Origin: Mobula hypostoma
Lineage: Eukaryota
NCBI RefSeq assembly: GCF_963921235.1
Contig: NC_086097.1
Coordinates: 96,412,001-96,476,000, forward strand
Reading direction: 5' to 3'
DNA: 64,000 nt
A program made the position numbers and the translations under genes. How positions within the stretch are numbered: position 1 is the stretch's first letter; every line of letters begins with the position of its first letter. The notes beneath the pieces are model-generated. The model searched no databases. It was not told the origin of the DNA and saw only the letters and a program-made list of their open reading frames with translations. Positions 39,531 through 52,181 of this stretch are shown one piece after another.

Positions 39531-42500
39531 GCATTGAAATTTGACCAAGTATAACAAGCTTAGTTAGCAAGTTAAAGGATTAAAGACATGGTAAGAGTAG
39601 TAGATTGAAAGTAATGGAAAGAGGGATACAAGCAAGAAGTCCAAGGATTGAATTCTGGACTTAGAGATCTGGTATTGATATTAATGGAAGAACCATTAAT
39701 GTCCAGGATAATTAAAATTCCAGAATTGGAGTGTCTTATGGCTAAATAAGTTTTCAGGCATAAACATAGAAAGACATTGGAGGAATGCAAAAACAAAGAT
39801 GGGAAGATGATTCGCCAGGGATCAATGTCGGTCAACAAACACAAAGTGTGATTGGTAGTAGACATATTGTGGCCAGTAAAACCTGAAAGGTCCAAAGTTT
39901 AAGGGAAATACAGGAACTGTCAAGAACCAAAGCAGCAAGGTCTGAGAACAGAAAACAAACTGAGGTATTATACATTTAAATTAATGCCAATTACTTGACT
40001 GAAAAAGCACTATATAAAAACAGGTCACATTTACACCAGTGGTAATCTAGGAACAGCAATCAAGTTGTATGATATAGTTCCAAGACTACAAAAATGTTAT
40101 TGGAAAAAAGCAGAAGAAATTTATTACGAACAGGTGTAAAGAACTCTAAAAATCAAACACGTGCAGCATAATTAATCTCTAAATACTGTAGTTTTGCACT
40201 AGCCTGGGAAATCTGTACATAGAAAAATGCTAATCATAATTCAGTAATTAATAATTTAAACTAAATGTATTGATATAGAATCAAAATAGTACAATAAAAA
40301 ATTGTGCAGTAATTGTTGTGGAAACAAAGCAGTTTACAAATATTTCCTTTATCCTTTAAATTTTCATTCACTTGCAGCTCCTCTGTCCTATTGTTGAAGT
40401 AACAGCTATCTGAAAGAAAATAAGAGAGCTTGCAAAAACTACTATCTGACAGCTTAATACATCAATTACAGAAAAGATAACATACAATTTACAAAACAGA
40501 CTTCTTGTTCATGATAAAATAGAAAGCAAATTGCTCTTCATATAGCTTAGGATTCATGTATAGCAATATGCAGTACTATGCCTGGTTTAGATAATCAATA
40601 CACAAGACATACATGCTAGTACAAACAGATGCAAAAGAACAGAAGAGTTGCAAGAAAGACTAGATCAACTCAAACTTTCAGTAATCAAAATGAATAAACA
40701 AGAATAGATGAAGAATGCACTGAAGGTATGATGTCTGAAATCATTTAAGCAGAAATATAATGAAACATGAAGGGACCTTAAATATGTTTTTTTTCCAATT
40801 ACTCTTGCTCATCTATTCTGTAATCAACTGTCCCTTCCAACTTTTTATGAATGGTTACAAATTAATATTACATATTCTCAAATTGCACCATTGAAAGGAG
40901 CTTCAATATGTCTGCCTTTTGAGGGTATAGATGGTTTTCAGCCATTTTTCTAAATGAGATGTATCAGCCAGGAAAAATGCCAACATCTTGTACTCCTTGC
41001 AAAGTTAGCATTAGCGTAGAACATCCTGTGATATATACTGTACTGTATATTCTCTTGCAAATTAAAGAAAATAATTTCATGATAACAAGATAGATAAAAA
41101 TGAACAAGCACTTTCAGTTTAAATTAGCTCATCTAAGAAGAGACATCACTCCATCACTGCAGTCAAATGCTTTCTAAGTGATTAAAGGCATCCCAGTAGC
41201 CAGTGGGAGATGGAAAAACAGATTTATAGATGGATTATGGAAAGATGTAAAAGCAACAGTATTTTGTCAATGCATTCAAGAGAGTTTCTCAAAACAGTAC
41301 AAGGATAGTCCAATGAAAGTATGGACCGTACTGTATCTTATTTTGGGATATGACCCTGGCTGGAAGATTGGCCTTACAGTGTGAGAGAATTTTGGAAACA
41401 GTGATCACAACAAAATTTTAAGATAGTTATGAATAAGGATAAGACTGGATCTTCTGGCAGGAAAAACTAAAATTGGTGAATGGCAATTTATGGCATTTAT
41501 AGACAGGAGCTGGGAGCAGTGGTTATCAGACTAGTCCAAATTGACCTGTGGGAGTTGTTTAAAGTCTAGAATTCAGGATCAGCATGTTTCAGTAAGGAGA
41601 AAGGACAATGAAATCTGGGATAATTAGAGTGAATGTGAATTTAGTCAAAAAAAAAACATATAAAAAGTTGAGAAAGCTCTAATCAGGGTCCTTGAGGAAC
41701 ATAAAGGTAGCAGTAAAGAACCCAAGCAGAAGAATGGAATGCCAAAAGGAGACATGAACCATTATTAGCAAGCAGAATTAAAGAAAATCCCAAGGCATTT
41801 TATACTTACATTAAAAGCAATATTATAATGAGGGAGAGTAAAGAACCACTGAAGGATAATTGAGGACATACGATATTAGATAAAAGATCTTTCAGATATA
41901 CAGTATGTATAAAAAGTAAGAGAGGCAAAAGTAGACATAGGACTACTGGAAAATGGTACTCGAAAAGTGGTAATGAGGAACAAAGAAATAACAGATGCAC
42001 TGAGTAAATATTTGTATCAATCTTCACTCCAGAGGACATTAGCAGCATGCCAGATATTTAAGAGAGTCAGTTATGAGTGTAGTTGCTATTATTTGGGAGA
42101 GGGTGCTTGTGAAGCCAAAAGGTCTAAAAGACACTTAAGTCACTTAGACCAGACAGAGTATATCCTATGGTTCAGAAAGATGTAGCTGAAGACCGTGGAG
42201 GCATTGGTAGTGATATTTCAAGAATCATTAGAGTCAGGAATGGATTTTAGAGGACTGAAAAATTACAAAAGGCTCTCCACTTTTTAAGAAGGGAGGGAGA
42301 CAAAAGAAATGAAATTATAAATCTGGCTAACCAGCCTCAGTGGTTGGTGAGATTTTAGAGTCCATTAATAAGTTTGAGGTTTCGGAGTACTAAGAAGGAT
42401 ATAATGAGATGGGCCCAAGTCAACATGACTACACCTGACGAATCTGTTGGAATTCTATGGAAGTAACAAGCAGATGAAACAAAGGAGACTCAGTGGTTGT

Positions 42501-43086
42501 TGTCTACAAGGATTTTCAAGCAGTTTTTAACAAGATGTTTCACACAAGTCTGCTGAACAAGATAGAAGCCCATTGAATTACAGGAAAGGTACTAGCATGG
42601 ATAGAAGTTTGGCTGATCAGCAGAGGCAAGGAGTGGGAATAAAGGGAAACTTCTCTGGTTGGCTGTCTGTGACTTTTAGTGTTCCATAGTGGTTGGTGTT
42701 GAATCCACTATTTTTCATATTCTGTGTTAATGATCTAGATGACGGAACTGATGGCTTTGTGGTCAAGTTTACAGATGATACAAAGATAGGTGGCGAGGAA
42801 GAGACTGCTGAGAAAGCAAGGAGTCTGCAGAAGGGCTTGGACGGGTAGGGAGAATGGCAAAGTGGTGGCAGATAAAATAGGGAAGTGGATAGTCATGAAC
42901 TTTAAAATAAGGTTTAAAGGCTTAGACAATATTCTAAATGGGGAGAGAATTCAGAAATCAGAGATGCAAAGTGACTTGGGAATCCTGGTGTATGACTCCC
43001 TTAAGGTTAACTTGCAAGTTGAATTGGTAGTAAAGATAGAAGGCAAATACATTCCATAAAATATTAGCATTCATTTTGTGAGGACT

Positions 43087-44291
43087 TGTTGCACTGGGGC
43101 GTAGGGAGTGGACCCAAGTGCAGGACACAGGCACGGAGAGCGGGTTAGGAAACATCTGAAATTTGACAGAATTTCCGAAGCACACAATGTGACTGATGAA
43201 TTGCCTAAGAGCCAGACATCCAAAAGGGCAGATGCAATAAGCTGTATTGCAGGTATAACACGCAGGTGTCTTCCTCTAGATGAACACATGCTGGCCGAGC
43301 GCAGACTTGAACGTTGACTTGGACTCAGGGCCTGGACTTGGACTTGACTGGGACTCGGAGCCTGGACTTGGACTTGACTTGGACACCGAGCCTGGACTTG
43401 GACTTGACTTGGACACCGAGCCTGGACTTGGACTTGGCTGGGACTCAGGGCCTGGACTTGGACTTGACTGGGACTCGGAGCCTGGACTTGGACTTGACTT
43501 GGACACCGAGCCTGGACTTGGACTTGGCTGGGACTCGGAGCCTGGACTTGGACTTGACTTGGACACCGAGCCTGGACTTGGACTTGGACTTGGCCACCGA
43601 GCGACCAAACCAAAGGACAGACAATTCATATCGCGGCTCAGAGCAGCGGCAAACGGCCTGCAGTACTCAGCCAGACACAAGATGACAAAAACAAACAACA
43701 GACAATTCGTATCGCGGCTCGGAGCAGCGGCAAACAGCCAGCAATACTCAGCCGGACACAATTCGACAAAAACAAACAACGACAGACAATTCATATCGCA
43801 GCTTGGAGCAGCGGCAAACGCCTGCAATACTCAGCTGGACACAAGATGACAAAAACAAACAATAACAGACAATTCATATCGCGACTCCGGGTAGCACATG
43901 AAGCGGCAAACGACCGGCAAAACTCAGCTGGATGGCAGGCTCTCAACTTGACCCAGGAACTGCGGACAGCAGGCTCTCGACTCAACCCAGGAACTGCGGA
44001 CGGCAGGCTCTTGACTGGACTTATTCTCCAGGAACTGCGGACAGCAGGCTCTCGACTGGACTCATTCTCCAGGAACTGCGGACGCCAGGCTCTCGACTGG
44101 ACTCATTCTCGGTGGCCCAGAACAAGCATAGCCGCACTGCTGAGGTGACGAACCAGCAACGAGTAGATGTAAGCTGGAGTTTTTATACTGCCAGTTCCAA
44201 TGAGGATCAGGTGCCCTAATCAAGGAGCCCAGTGGAACACGGGGAAAAGGAAATTAGCTGAAATGAGGAGTCAACGGACCGGACCATGACA
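43087..44291 (-). mobile_element. Solo LTR (Gypsy-like) with internal tandem arrays
   Basis: TGT...ACA termini, 5-bp TSD GGACT (43082-43086, 44292-44296), minus-strand TATAAAA at ~44181-44187; host CR1 resumes after it. Confidence 0.88.
43316..44110. repeat. Three adjacent minisatellites: 30-bp x ~9, 81-84-bp x ~4, 32-39-bp x ~5
   Basis: Periodicity read directly (units at 43321+30n; ACAGACAATTC at 43617, 43698, 43782, 43865). Confidence 0.93.
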
Positions 44292-46277
44292 GGACTAGAT
44301 TATAACAGGAAATATCTAATGCTGAAATTTCATAAGGGATTGGTCAGACCATATCTAGAGTAATGTGAACTGTTTTGGGCTCATATCTACAAGGATGTCC
44401 TGGCATTGGAGAGGGTCTAGAGGAGGTTTGTGAGAATGATCATGGGAATGAAAAAGTTAACATATGAGAAGTTTTTAACACTTCTGGGTCAAAGTTTTGA
44501 AGGATGAAGGGGCATCATTTTGAAACCTTCTGAATAATGAAAGACCTGAAGTGGACATTGAGAGGATGTTTCCAGTAGCGGGACAGCCTAGGACAAGAGA
44601 ACACAGCCTCTAAATATAAGGACATCAGTTTAGAACAATGATGAGGAAGAATTTCTTTAGCTAGTGGAGGTGAATCTGTGGAACTCATTGCCATAGATGG
44701 CTGTGAAGGCCAAATTATTGGGTATATTTAAATTGGAGGTTGATAGATACTTGATTAGTAACAGCATCAAAGATTAGGTGATGGAGGCACAAAAGTGGGC
44801 TTGAGAGGGAAAATAAATCAGCCATGGTTGAATAGAAGAGGAGAATCAATGAGTTGTATGGTCTAGTTCTATTCCTATGTCTCATGGTCTTATGCTTGGA
44901 TTCAGAGCATATGGGCGAAGTACTTCATGTTAATGTTCAACAAGGAGAAAGAAATAGAGGATAATCAGATTAGTGTCGGTATGCTAAATGTGCTAGGGCA
45001 TTCAAATCAAGAAGGAGGTGGTGCTGAGTGTTTTGAAGAGCAGCAAGACGTAAAAGTCCTTGAGGCCTCATGGTATACATTCCAGTACATTGAAAAAGGC
45101 AAGAGAAGAGACTGCTCGGGCTTTGATGAAGATCGTTGCATCTTCACTAGAGTGGGCAATGGGTTTTTTTGTTGTTCAAGGAGAGTAAAAAGGATGATCC
45201 AGTAAATTGTAGGGAGACTAGTCTTACACCAATGGCAGAGAAGCTATTGGAGAGGATTCTCAGGGATAGAATTTATGTGCATTTGGGGGGGAGAAAGGCC
45301 TGATTAGAGACAGTCAGCATTGTTTTGTGCCAAACAGGTCACACCTTACAAACCTGATTATTTTGATGTAACAACGGTGAATGATGAGGATAAGGCAGTG
45401 GACGTTGTCTCTTGAATTTTAGTAAGGCACTTGACAGGGTTCCTCATGGTAGGCTGATCCAGAAAGTTAAAATACATGGAATCCAAGGTGACTTGGTAGC
45501 TTGCCCATTGAACACAGAAGGTAGTGGCAGAAATGTATTATTTTCACTCCAAGTTCATTACCAGTGATGTTCTGTGGGAATCTGTGGGAATCAGTGTTGC
45601 GACCTCTGTTGTTTGTGATTATATGACTGGGGGAGCAGCGGAGAGTATAGAGGGATATAACAGAATATAGCTCACTTACAAATATGGACAGAAAGTATAC
45701 AATTAATGATAGGGCCCTTAAGTGTGCGTGTCACCAAAGTAAAAATGAAATGAACACGTTTTCCCAGGCTCCCGTGTTTTTCTTTTGACTAGTTTTAGAG
45801 TTTGAAAACATAACAGTGTTGATGAGACAAGTGTTGAAATGAACCCAAGACAACTAAAGCACTGAAGCACAGCGAGGTGGTAATTTAAAAAAAGCACAGC
45901 TCCTGTTTTTTTTGGAAGGAGAGAAAAACATTCAAATTTTTAAATAAGGTAGAAAATGAACAAAATTCATGGGTTCATAAACAGTGTGCAGCGGGTGATA
46001 ATAATCAAATAAAGTAACAAAACAGAAATGGCCAACTACATTGGAAAGACAGATGCATTTGGTTGCACAATAGATAACTGGATCATGTATACTGAATGAA
46101 TTGAGCAATATTTTGAAACAAATGAAATAGCCAATGGAAAGTGAGTGCCAATTTTGTTGAGCACAATTAGTGGAAGAGCAAACAACAGGAATTCTGCAGA
46201 TGCTGGAAATTCAAGCCACACACATAAAAGTTGCTGGTGAACGCAGCAGGCCAAGCAGCATCTATAGGAAGAGGCGC

Positions 46278-46313
46278 AGTCGACGTTTCAGGCCGAGACC
46301 CTTCGTCAGGACT
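46278..46313 (-). ncRNA. Minimal type-I hammerhead ribozyme motif
   Basis: Minus strand AGTC-CTGACGA-A-GGGT-CTCG-GCCT-GAAA-CG-TC-GACT. Confidence 0.85.
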
Positions 46314-46608
46314 AACTGAAGGAAGAGTGAGTAAGGGATTTGAAAGCTGGAGGGGGAGGGGGAGATGCAAAATGATAGGAGAAGACAGGAGGGGGAAGGA
46401 TAGAGCCGAGAGCTGGACAGGTGATAGGCAAAAGGGGATACGAGAGGATCATGGGGCAGGAGGTCCGGGAAGAAAGACAAGGGGGGGGGTGACCCAGAGG
46501 ATGGGCAAGAGGTATATTCAGAGGGACAGAGGGAGAAAAAGGAGAGTGAGAGAAAGAATGTGTGCATAAAAATGAGTAACAGATGAGGTACGAGGGGGAG
46601 GTGGGGCC

Positions 46609-47683
46609 TTAGCGGAAGTTAGAGAAGTCGATGTTCATGCCATCAGGTTGGAGGCTACCCAGACGGAATATAAGGTGTTGTTCCTCCAACCTGAGTATGG
46701 CTTCATCTTTACAGTAGAGGAGGCCGTGGATAGACATGTCAGAATGGGAATGGGATGTGGAATTAAAATGTGTGGCCACTGGGAGATCCTGCTTTCTCTG
46801 GCGGACAGAGCGTAGATGTTCAGCAAAGCGGTCTCCCAGTCTGCGTCGGGTCTCACCAATATATAAAAGGCCACATCGGGAGCACCGGACGCAGTATATC
46901 ACCCCAGTCGACTCACAGGTGAAGTGATGCCTCACCTGGAAGGACTGTTTGGGGCCCTGAATGGTGGTAAGGGAGGAAGTGTAAGGGCATGTGTAGCACT
47001 TGTTCCGCTTACACGGATAAGTGCCAGGAGGGAGATCAGTGGGGAGGGATGGGGGGGACGAATGGACAAGGGAGTTGTGTAGGGAGCGATCCCTGCGGAA
47101 TGCAGAGAGAGGGGGGGAGGGAAAGATGTGCTTAGTGGTGGGATCCCGTTGGAGGTGGCGGAAGTTACGGAGAATAATATGTTGGACCCGGAGGCTGGTG
47201 GGGTGGTAGGTGAGGACCAGGGGAACCCTATTCCTAGTGGGGTGGTGGGAGGATGGAGTGAGAGCAGATGTACGTGAAATGGGGGAGATGCGTTTAAGAG
47301 CAGAGTTGATAGTGGAGGAAGGGAAGCCCCTTTCTTTAAAAAATGAAGACATCTCCCTCGTCCTAGAATGAAAAGCCTCATCCTGAGAGCAGATGCGGCG
47401 GAGACGGAGGAATTGCGAGAAGGGGATGGCGTTTTTGCAAGAGACAGGGTGAGAAGAGGAATAGTCCAGATAGCTGTGAAAGTCAGTAGGCTTATAGTAG
47501 ACATCAGTGGATAAGCTGTCTCCAGAGACAGAGACAGAAAGATCTAGAAAGGGGAGGGAGGTGTCGGAAATGGACCAGGTAAACTTGAGGGCAGGGTGAA
47601 AGTTGGAGGCAAAGTTAATAAAGTCAACGAGTTCTGCATGCGTGCAGGAAGCAGCGCCAATGCAGTCGTCGATGTAGCGAAGG
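46609..47683 (-). pseudogene. Uninterrupted C-terminal part of Penelope ORF (RT RYIDD, thumb, Cys linker, GIY-YIG endonuclease)
   Basis: LRYIDD, LPFLD, YYKPT, HP..CK..IPFSQ.LR..RIC, CKRNKCYTC, VIYC..YIGET; no stop over ~357 codons. Confidence 0.93.
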
Positions 47684-49953
47684 TAGTGGAAGAGCATACA
47701 GTTTGATTGCTCCAACCAAACCAGCTGAAATGAGCTTTGCTGATATCATGAGTGTAATGCAGCAAAATTTATAACTTAAACTATTGTTGATTGTAGAACG
47801 CTTTAGGTTTCATAAGCGGAATCAAAAGGCGGGGGAGTCCATTTCAGTTTACATGGCTGAATTGAAGAAATAGTCTGAGCATTGCCAGTTCAGTGACGGC
47901 CTTAATAACACACTGAGAGATTGTTTAGTTTGTGGAATCTTATAAGAAGGCATTCAAAAATGGCTCCTAAATGAAGCACAACTTATATTGAAAAGAGCAG
48001 TTGAAGTTGCTGTAGCAATGGAAACATCAGTCAGAGATACAAGTGGATTGCAGTCAGGAACAAAATTGGATGTGAACAAAATTGCAAAGTCTAAACAGAA
48101 ACCTGCCTGGCCAAACAAATTGCGTTACCATCATGGCAGGGGTTCACATACATCAGACCAATGCAGGTTTAAAAGGCAAAACTTGCAGAAAATGCAAAAA
48201 AGTAGGTTACATACTAAGATCATGTTGGGCAGACAAAATAAATTGATTGCACAGGGAAGAGCAAAAGATAAAAAAATCAAGTTGCAGTATCAAAAAGAAC
48301 ACTAATTTGCATGCTGTTGATGAACAATCTGACAATGATGAGAATGACACAGGACTGACTAGTCTTGAGATTTACAATGTGAAAACTAACAAATAAGCAA
48401 TATCACTTAAACCAGGAGTGAACTGCAAATTAATTAAAATGGAATTGGACACTGGCTCGGCTGTTTTTATTATTCCACAAAATGAGCTTGAATGGCATTT
48501 CAAAGCCTACAGATGTCCATTAAGAACTTATAGTGGAGAAAAGACAAGTCCTGTGGGAATGGCATTTGTAACAGTGAAGTACAACAACCAACAAGCCACA
48601 TTCGGTGTGTATGCTGTAAAAAAAAGATGGCCAGCATTGTGGGGTCATGATTGACTGAGGCAACTACAACTTGACTGGAGATCCACCCACCATTTGTATG
48701 CCACATCCCCTGCAACAGAGTCAACTGAAGGTGAATTAAGAAAAGTACGGGATGCTGACACATCAGTGCTTAAGGATGGAATTGGAAAACTCAGATGTAT
48801 CAAGGGTAAAGTAGTCTTAAAGGAAAATACCACAATCAAGTTTTACAAAGCCTGTCTGGTTCCTTATACCTTCTGTGATAAAGTAGTCAGTGAGCTAGAT
48901 CACATGGAAGCTGAAGTAATTCTTTCCAAGGTTGAGTGGTGCAACCAAGAAGGATGGGTCTGTCAGGATGTGTGGTTATTCTAAGGTCACCATCAACCCA
49001 GTACTGAAAGTAGATTAATACTTCCTGCTCAGTCTAGAGGATATCTTTGCAAACCTTTCTGGAGAAAAACACTTCAGCAAAGTGGACTTAGCTGTGGCCC
49101 ACCTACAGACAAAGATGGAAGAAGGGCCAAAGTGCTTCTCACCATAAATACTCACAAAAAGTTTTATCACTAAAATAGGCTTATTTTTGGAGAAGCATTT
49201 CCACCTGCACTCTGACAGAAAGCAGTGGACAAGGTGCTTGTGCAAAGCTGCCCATGCACTCAGTGTAACCTGGGTGACATATTGTGAGGATGACAAGGAA
49301 CATCTCCAAAATCTCAAGACAGCGTTAAAAAGATTTGAAGATTATGGGCTCACAGCATGACACAACAAGTATGAATTCTTTAAACTGAGCATCATTTACT
49401 GTGGTCACACTATTGATGCACAAGAATTACACAAGAGTGCTGAGAAAATTCAAGTAGTGGTGAATGCCAAAGGACATGTCACAGTTGGGGTCCTTTTTAT
49501 GATTTGTCAATTACTATAACATGTTTCTGCCAAAACTGGCTACTGTGCTCTACCCCTTGAACTCATTACTACCAATCGGGAAGAAATGGCAATGGACAAA
49601 ACAGTGTGAAGTAGCTTTCCAAAGGACAAAGGAAATGGCAAAATCAGGCACTGTACTCACACATTATGATACACATTGATCAGTGAAGCTTGCCTGTGAT
49701 GTCTTGCATTTATGGTATAGGTGCAGTCATGTCACATGCTGAGTGATGAAAGTGAATGCACCACAGCCTTTGTATCACATTCACTTACTGCTGCACAGAA
49801 AAATTGCACACAGTTTGACAAAGAGGCCTTGAATCTGGTTTGGAGTCTGAAACACAAACAACAGGAATTCTGCAGATGCTGGAAATTCAAGCAACACATA
49901 TCAAAGTTGCTGGTGAACGCAGCAGGCCAGGCAGCATCTCTAGGAAGAGGTAC

Positions 49954-49989
49954 AGTCGACGTTTCAGGCCGAGACCCTTCGTCAGGACT
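49954..49989 (-). ncRNA. Minimal type-I hammerhead ribozyme motif
   Basis: Minus strand AGTC-CTGACGA-A-GGGT-CTCG-GCCT-GAAA-CG-TC-GACT. Confidence 0.85.
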
Positions 49990-50069
49990 AACTGAAGGAA
50001 GAGTTAGTAAGAGATTGGTAACTGAAGGAAGAATTAGTAAGAGATCTCTTACTAACTCTTCCTTCAGTT

Positions 50070-50105
50070 AGTCCTGACGAAGGGTCTCGGCCTGAAATGT
50101 CGACT
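50070..50105 (+). ncRNA. Minimal type-I hammerhead ribozyme motif
   Basis: AGTC-CTGACGA-A-GGGT-CTCG-GCCT-GAAA-TG-TC-GACT. Confidence 0.8.
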
Positions 50106-50300
50106 GTACCTCTTCCTAGAGATGCTGCCTGGCCTGCTGCGTTCACCAGCAACTTTGATGTGTGTTGCTTGGGGTCTAACACATTTCAACTTGTACTTGT
50201 ACGGGAGAGAGTTTACCCTCATTACTGATCATCAACTATTAATGTCCATTTTCAATCCACAGAAGGGTGGTCCATTTAAAAGCAGCAGCACGATTGCAGA

Positions 50301-50380
50301 CAACACACATCAAAGTTGCTGGTGAACGCAGCAGGCCCGGCAGCATCTATAGGAAGAGGTACAGTCGACGTTTCGGGCTG
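50301..50380 (-). mobile_element. ~80-bp Penelope terminal fragment, truncated inside the hammerhead
   Basis: Matches 49892-49970; splits Gypsy ARLQ/RWAL codons. Confidence 0.85.
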
Positions 50381-52181
50381 AATGGGCTCTGTTTCTTGGT
50401 GGACACAATTACAAGGTCGAATTCATGAGGATGATGACTCGTGGAAATGCCGATGAATTGTCCTATACATCCTTGCAAACAGAAGTACCTGAAAATTTTA
50501 CAAGAAAAGGACATTCCTCTCAATGTATTCTCCCTAATGCAAATCAGAAGTCTTCCTATTATGGCAGAGATGATCCAAAGTAAAACCTGAAAAGACTCCA
50601 TACTGTCTCAGGTCCACATGACCACCCAAAGGGCTGAAATGTGCAGCAGAAATACCAGTTCCACCATTTTTGCCAGCACCAGGATGAACTTTCTCTTGAT
50701 GGAGGTTGCCTCATGTGGGGATTGAGAGTTGTTGTACCATCCCTGCTGAGAGCTGAAGTGTTGGAGGAGCTACATGCCAGTCATCTAGGCATGGCTAAAA
50801 ACTTTGTCCGATGGCCTGGGATAGATCAGCAGGAACAGCTTCCCATGAAGTGTTTGGATGCCAACACTTGCAGAAGATGCCACGAGCAGCTCAACTCCAT
50901 CTGTGGGAATGGCCTGCATTGCCCTGGCAAGGATTCATGTGAATCTTGCCAGACCATTCACGGGCATGAATTTCTTGATAGTAGTGGATTCAGCTACGGT
51001 CAGAAGTATTTTCACTACAGCCTCGCAGAATGTTGATATGTTGAGAAGCCTCATCTCAAGGACTGGTGTTCCAGAACACTTAGTCAGTGACAATGGACTA
51101 AAGTTTGTTGCGGAATATCTTCAGTCATTCCTGAATGGAGTAAGACATATCACATCTGCACTGTACCACCCAGCTATAAATGGTGTGGCAGAAAGGTTTC
51201 TCCAGAGTCTAAAGAACACACGCCACGGCGAGCAATGTCAGATGAACATGCTATATTGACACTGAATCAGAAAATCGCCAATTTCTTCCTTACATATCGC
51301 AATGCTCCACACTCTATATCCAAAAACTCACCAGCTATGCTGTTCCTGGGATGTCCTTTGCACTCACGTTTGGATCTCCTCAAACCCAATCTCAGAAGTA
51401 TGCAGGACAAACAGCTGAGACAAACTGAAGACTGCTCAAAAAAGCGGATTCGATGTTTCACTCCTGGACAAGAATTCCTGATGAGGGACTACAGAGGTAA
51501 TCAAAAGTGGGTACTTGGAAAGATTAAGGGACAGAACTGGACCACTTTCCTACACAGTGGAGATTGTGTCTGAGGTCATCTGGAGACAACATATTGATCA
51601 GTGAGGAAAGCAGAATCAATTGTTAGAGAATAAAGGTGTCCAGAGCTTTCAGAACCACTTCCAGTAGTCCCAGAGTCAACTCCTACAACCTCCATTGGGG
51701 CGGTCCCAGAACCTGAGATTGTTTCACAGCCATGTCTCAGCTGCTAAGCAAAGTGACACCCACTGGTCAGAAAAGACATTATCCAATAAGAGTAAGAAAT
51801 CCTTCAGAGCTATTATATCTTTAGGCCTGAATGGGACAATTTAAAATTTACTATGCTGTGGATGTATATATGACTAGAGAACAATACACTTCATATTTGA
51901 GTTGAGATGCATTTTCTATTGAGTTGGCGTTTATAGCTAAGCAGAGAGGTGTATTGTGTATTTAATATTTCATATTTGAGTAATATTGGAAATATATTGC
52001 TTGATTGATCATTCTTTTACTTAAATCATTACAGATAGTATGTAAAAGTATGTGAATAAGATATGTCATTATGCCACCATGTCATAAGTGCATGCGTCAG
52101 TAAAGTAAAAACAAAGTAGACCTGTTTTCCTAGCCTCCCATATTTTTCTTTCGATCAATTTTCGAGTTATAAAACATAACA

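Larger units (their letters stand above)
41180..45718 (+). mobile_element. Nested decayed CR1 LINEs: older host ~41180-41870 and ~44895-45718, inner copy ~41870-44894 split by a solo LTR
   Basis: Endonuclease remnant NSDHN, RT remnant KFTDDTK, CR1 tail TCCTATGTCTCATGGTCTTATG at ~44873-44894. Confidence 0.8.
46181..47683 (-). mobile_element. Young Penelope-like element (Neptune type), 5'-truncated just upstream of the RT active site
   Basis: Perfect 13-bp TSD TAGTGGAAGAGCA (46168-46180, 47684-47696); nearly identical to 6821-8041. Confidence 0.96.
49855..50170. mobile_element. Fold-back element made of two Penelope termini
   Basis: Palindrome centred on AGATCT (50042-50047), arms 49888-50171, 30-bp tandem duplication in left arm; interrupts Gypsy RNase H. 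Confidence 0.93.
45719..52181 (+). mobile_element. Old Gypsy/Ty3 LTR retrotransposon, decayed, carrying three Penelope insertions
   Basis: Partial 5' LTR 45719-45815 similar to 3' LTR 51950-52181 (TGT...CATAACA); gag from 46028; protease MELDTGSA; RNase H DKEAL..YLYGREFTLITDH; integrase LVSDNG, YHPAINGVAERF, YRNAPH. Confidence 0.92.

Noticed and set aside
40340..40420. Minus-strand exon candidate (TTTTCTTTCAG acceptor)
   Set aside because: Weak donor and unrecognised peptide
43071..43849. Long repetitive ORFs (QVQVQA, LGLDLD, SPSPGS)
   Set aside because: Translations of a 30-bp minisatellite inside a solo LTR, open in several frames; no gene context
43316..44110. CRISPR-like array
   Set aside because: Units are head-to-tail without unique spacers, no cas genes, eukaryotic context
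46609..47715. 368-aa ORF as a functional gene
   Set aside because: The start lies in flanking Gypsy sequence beyond the TSD; RT motifs upstream of YIDD are missing
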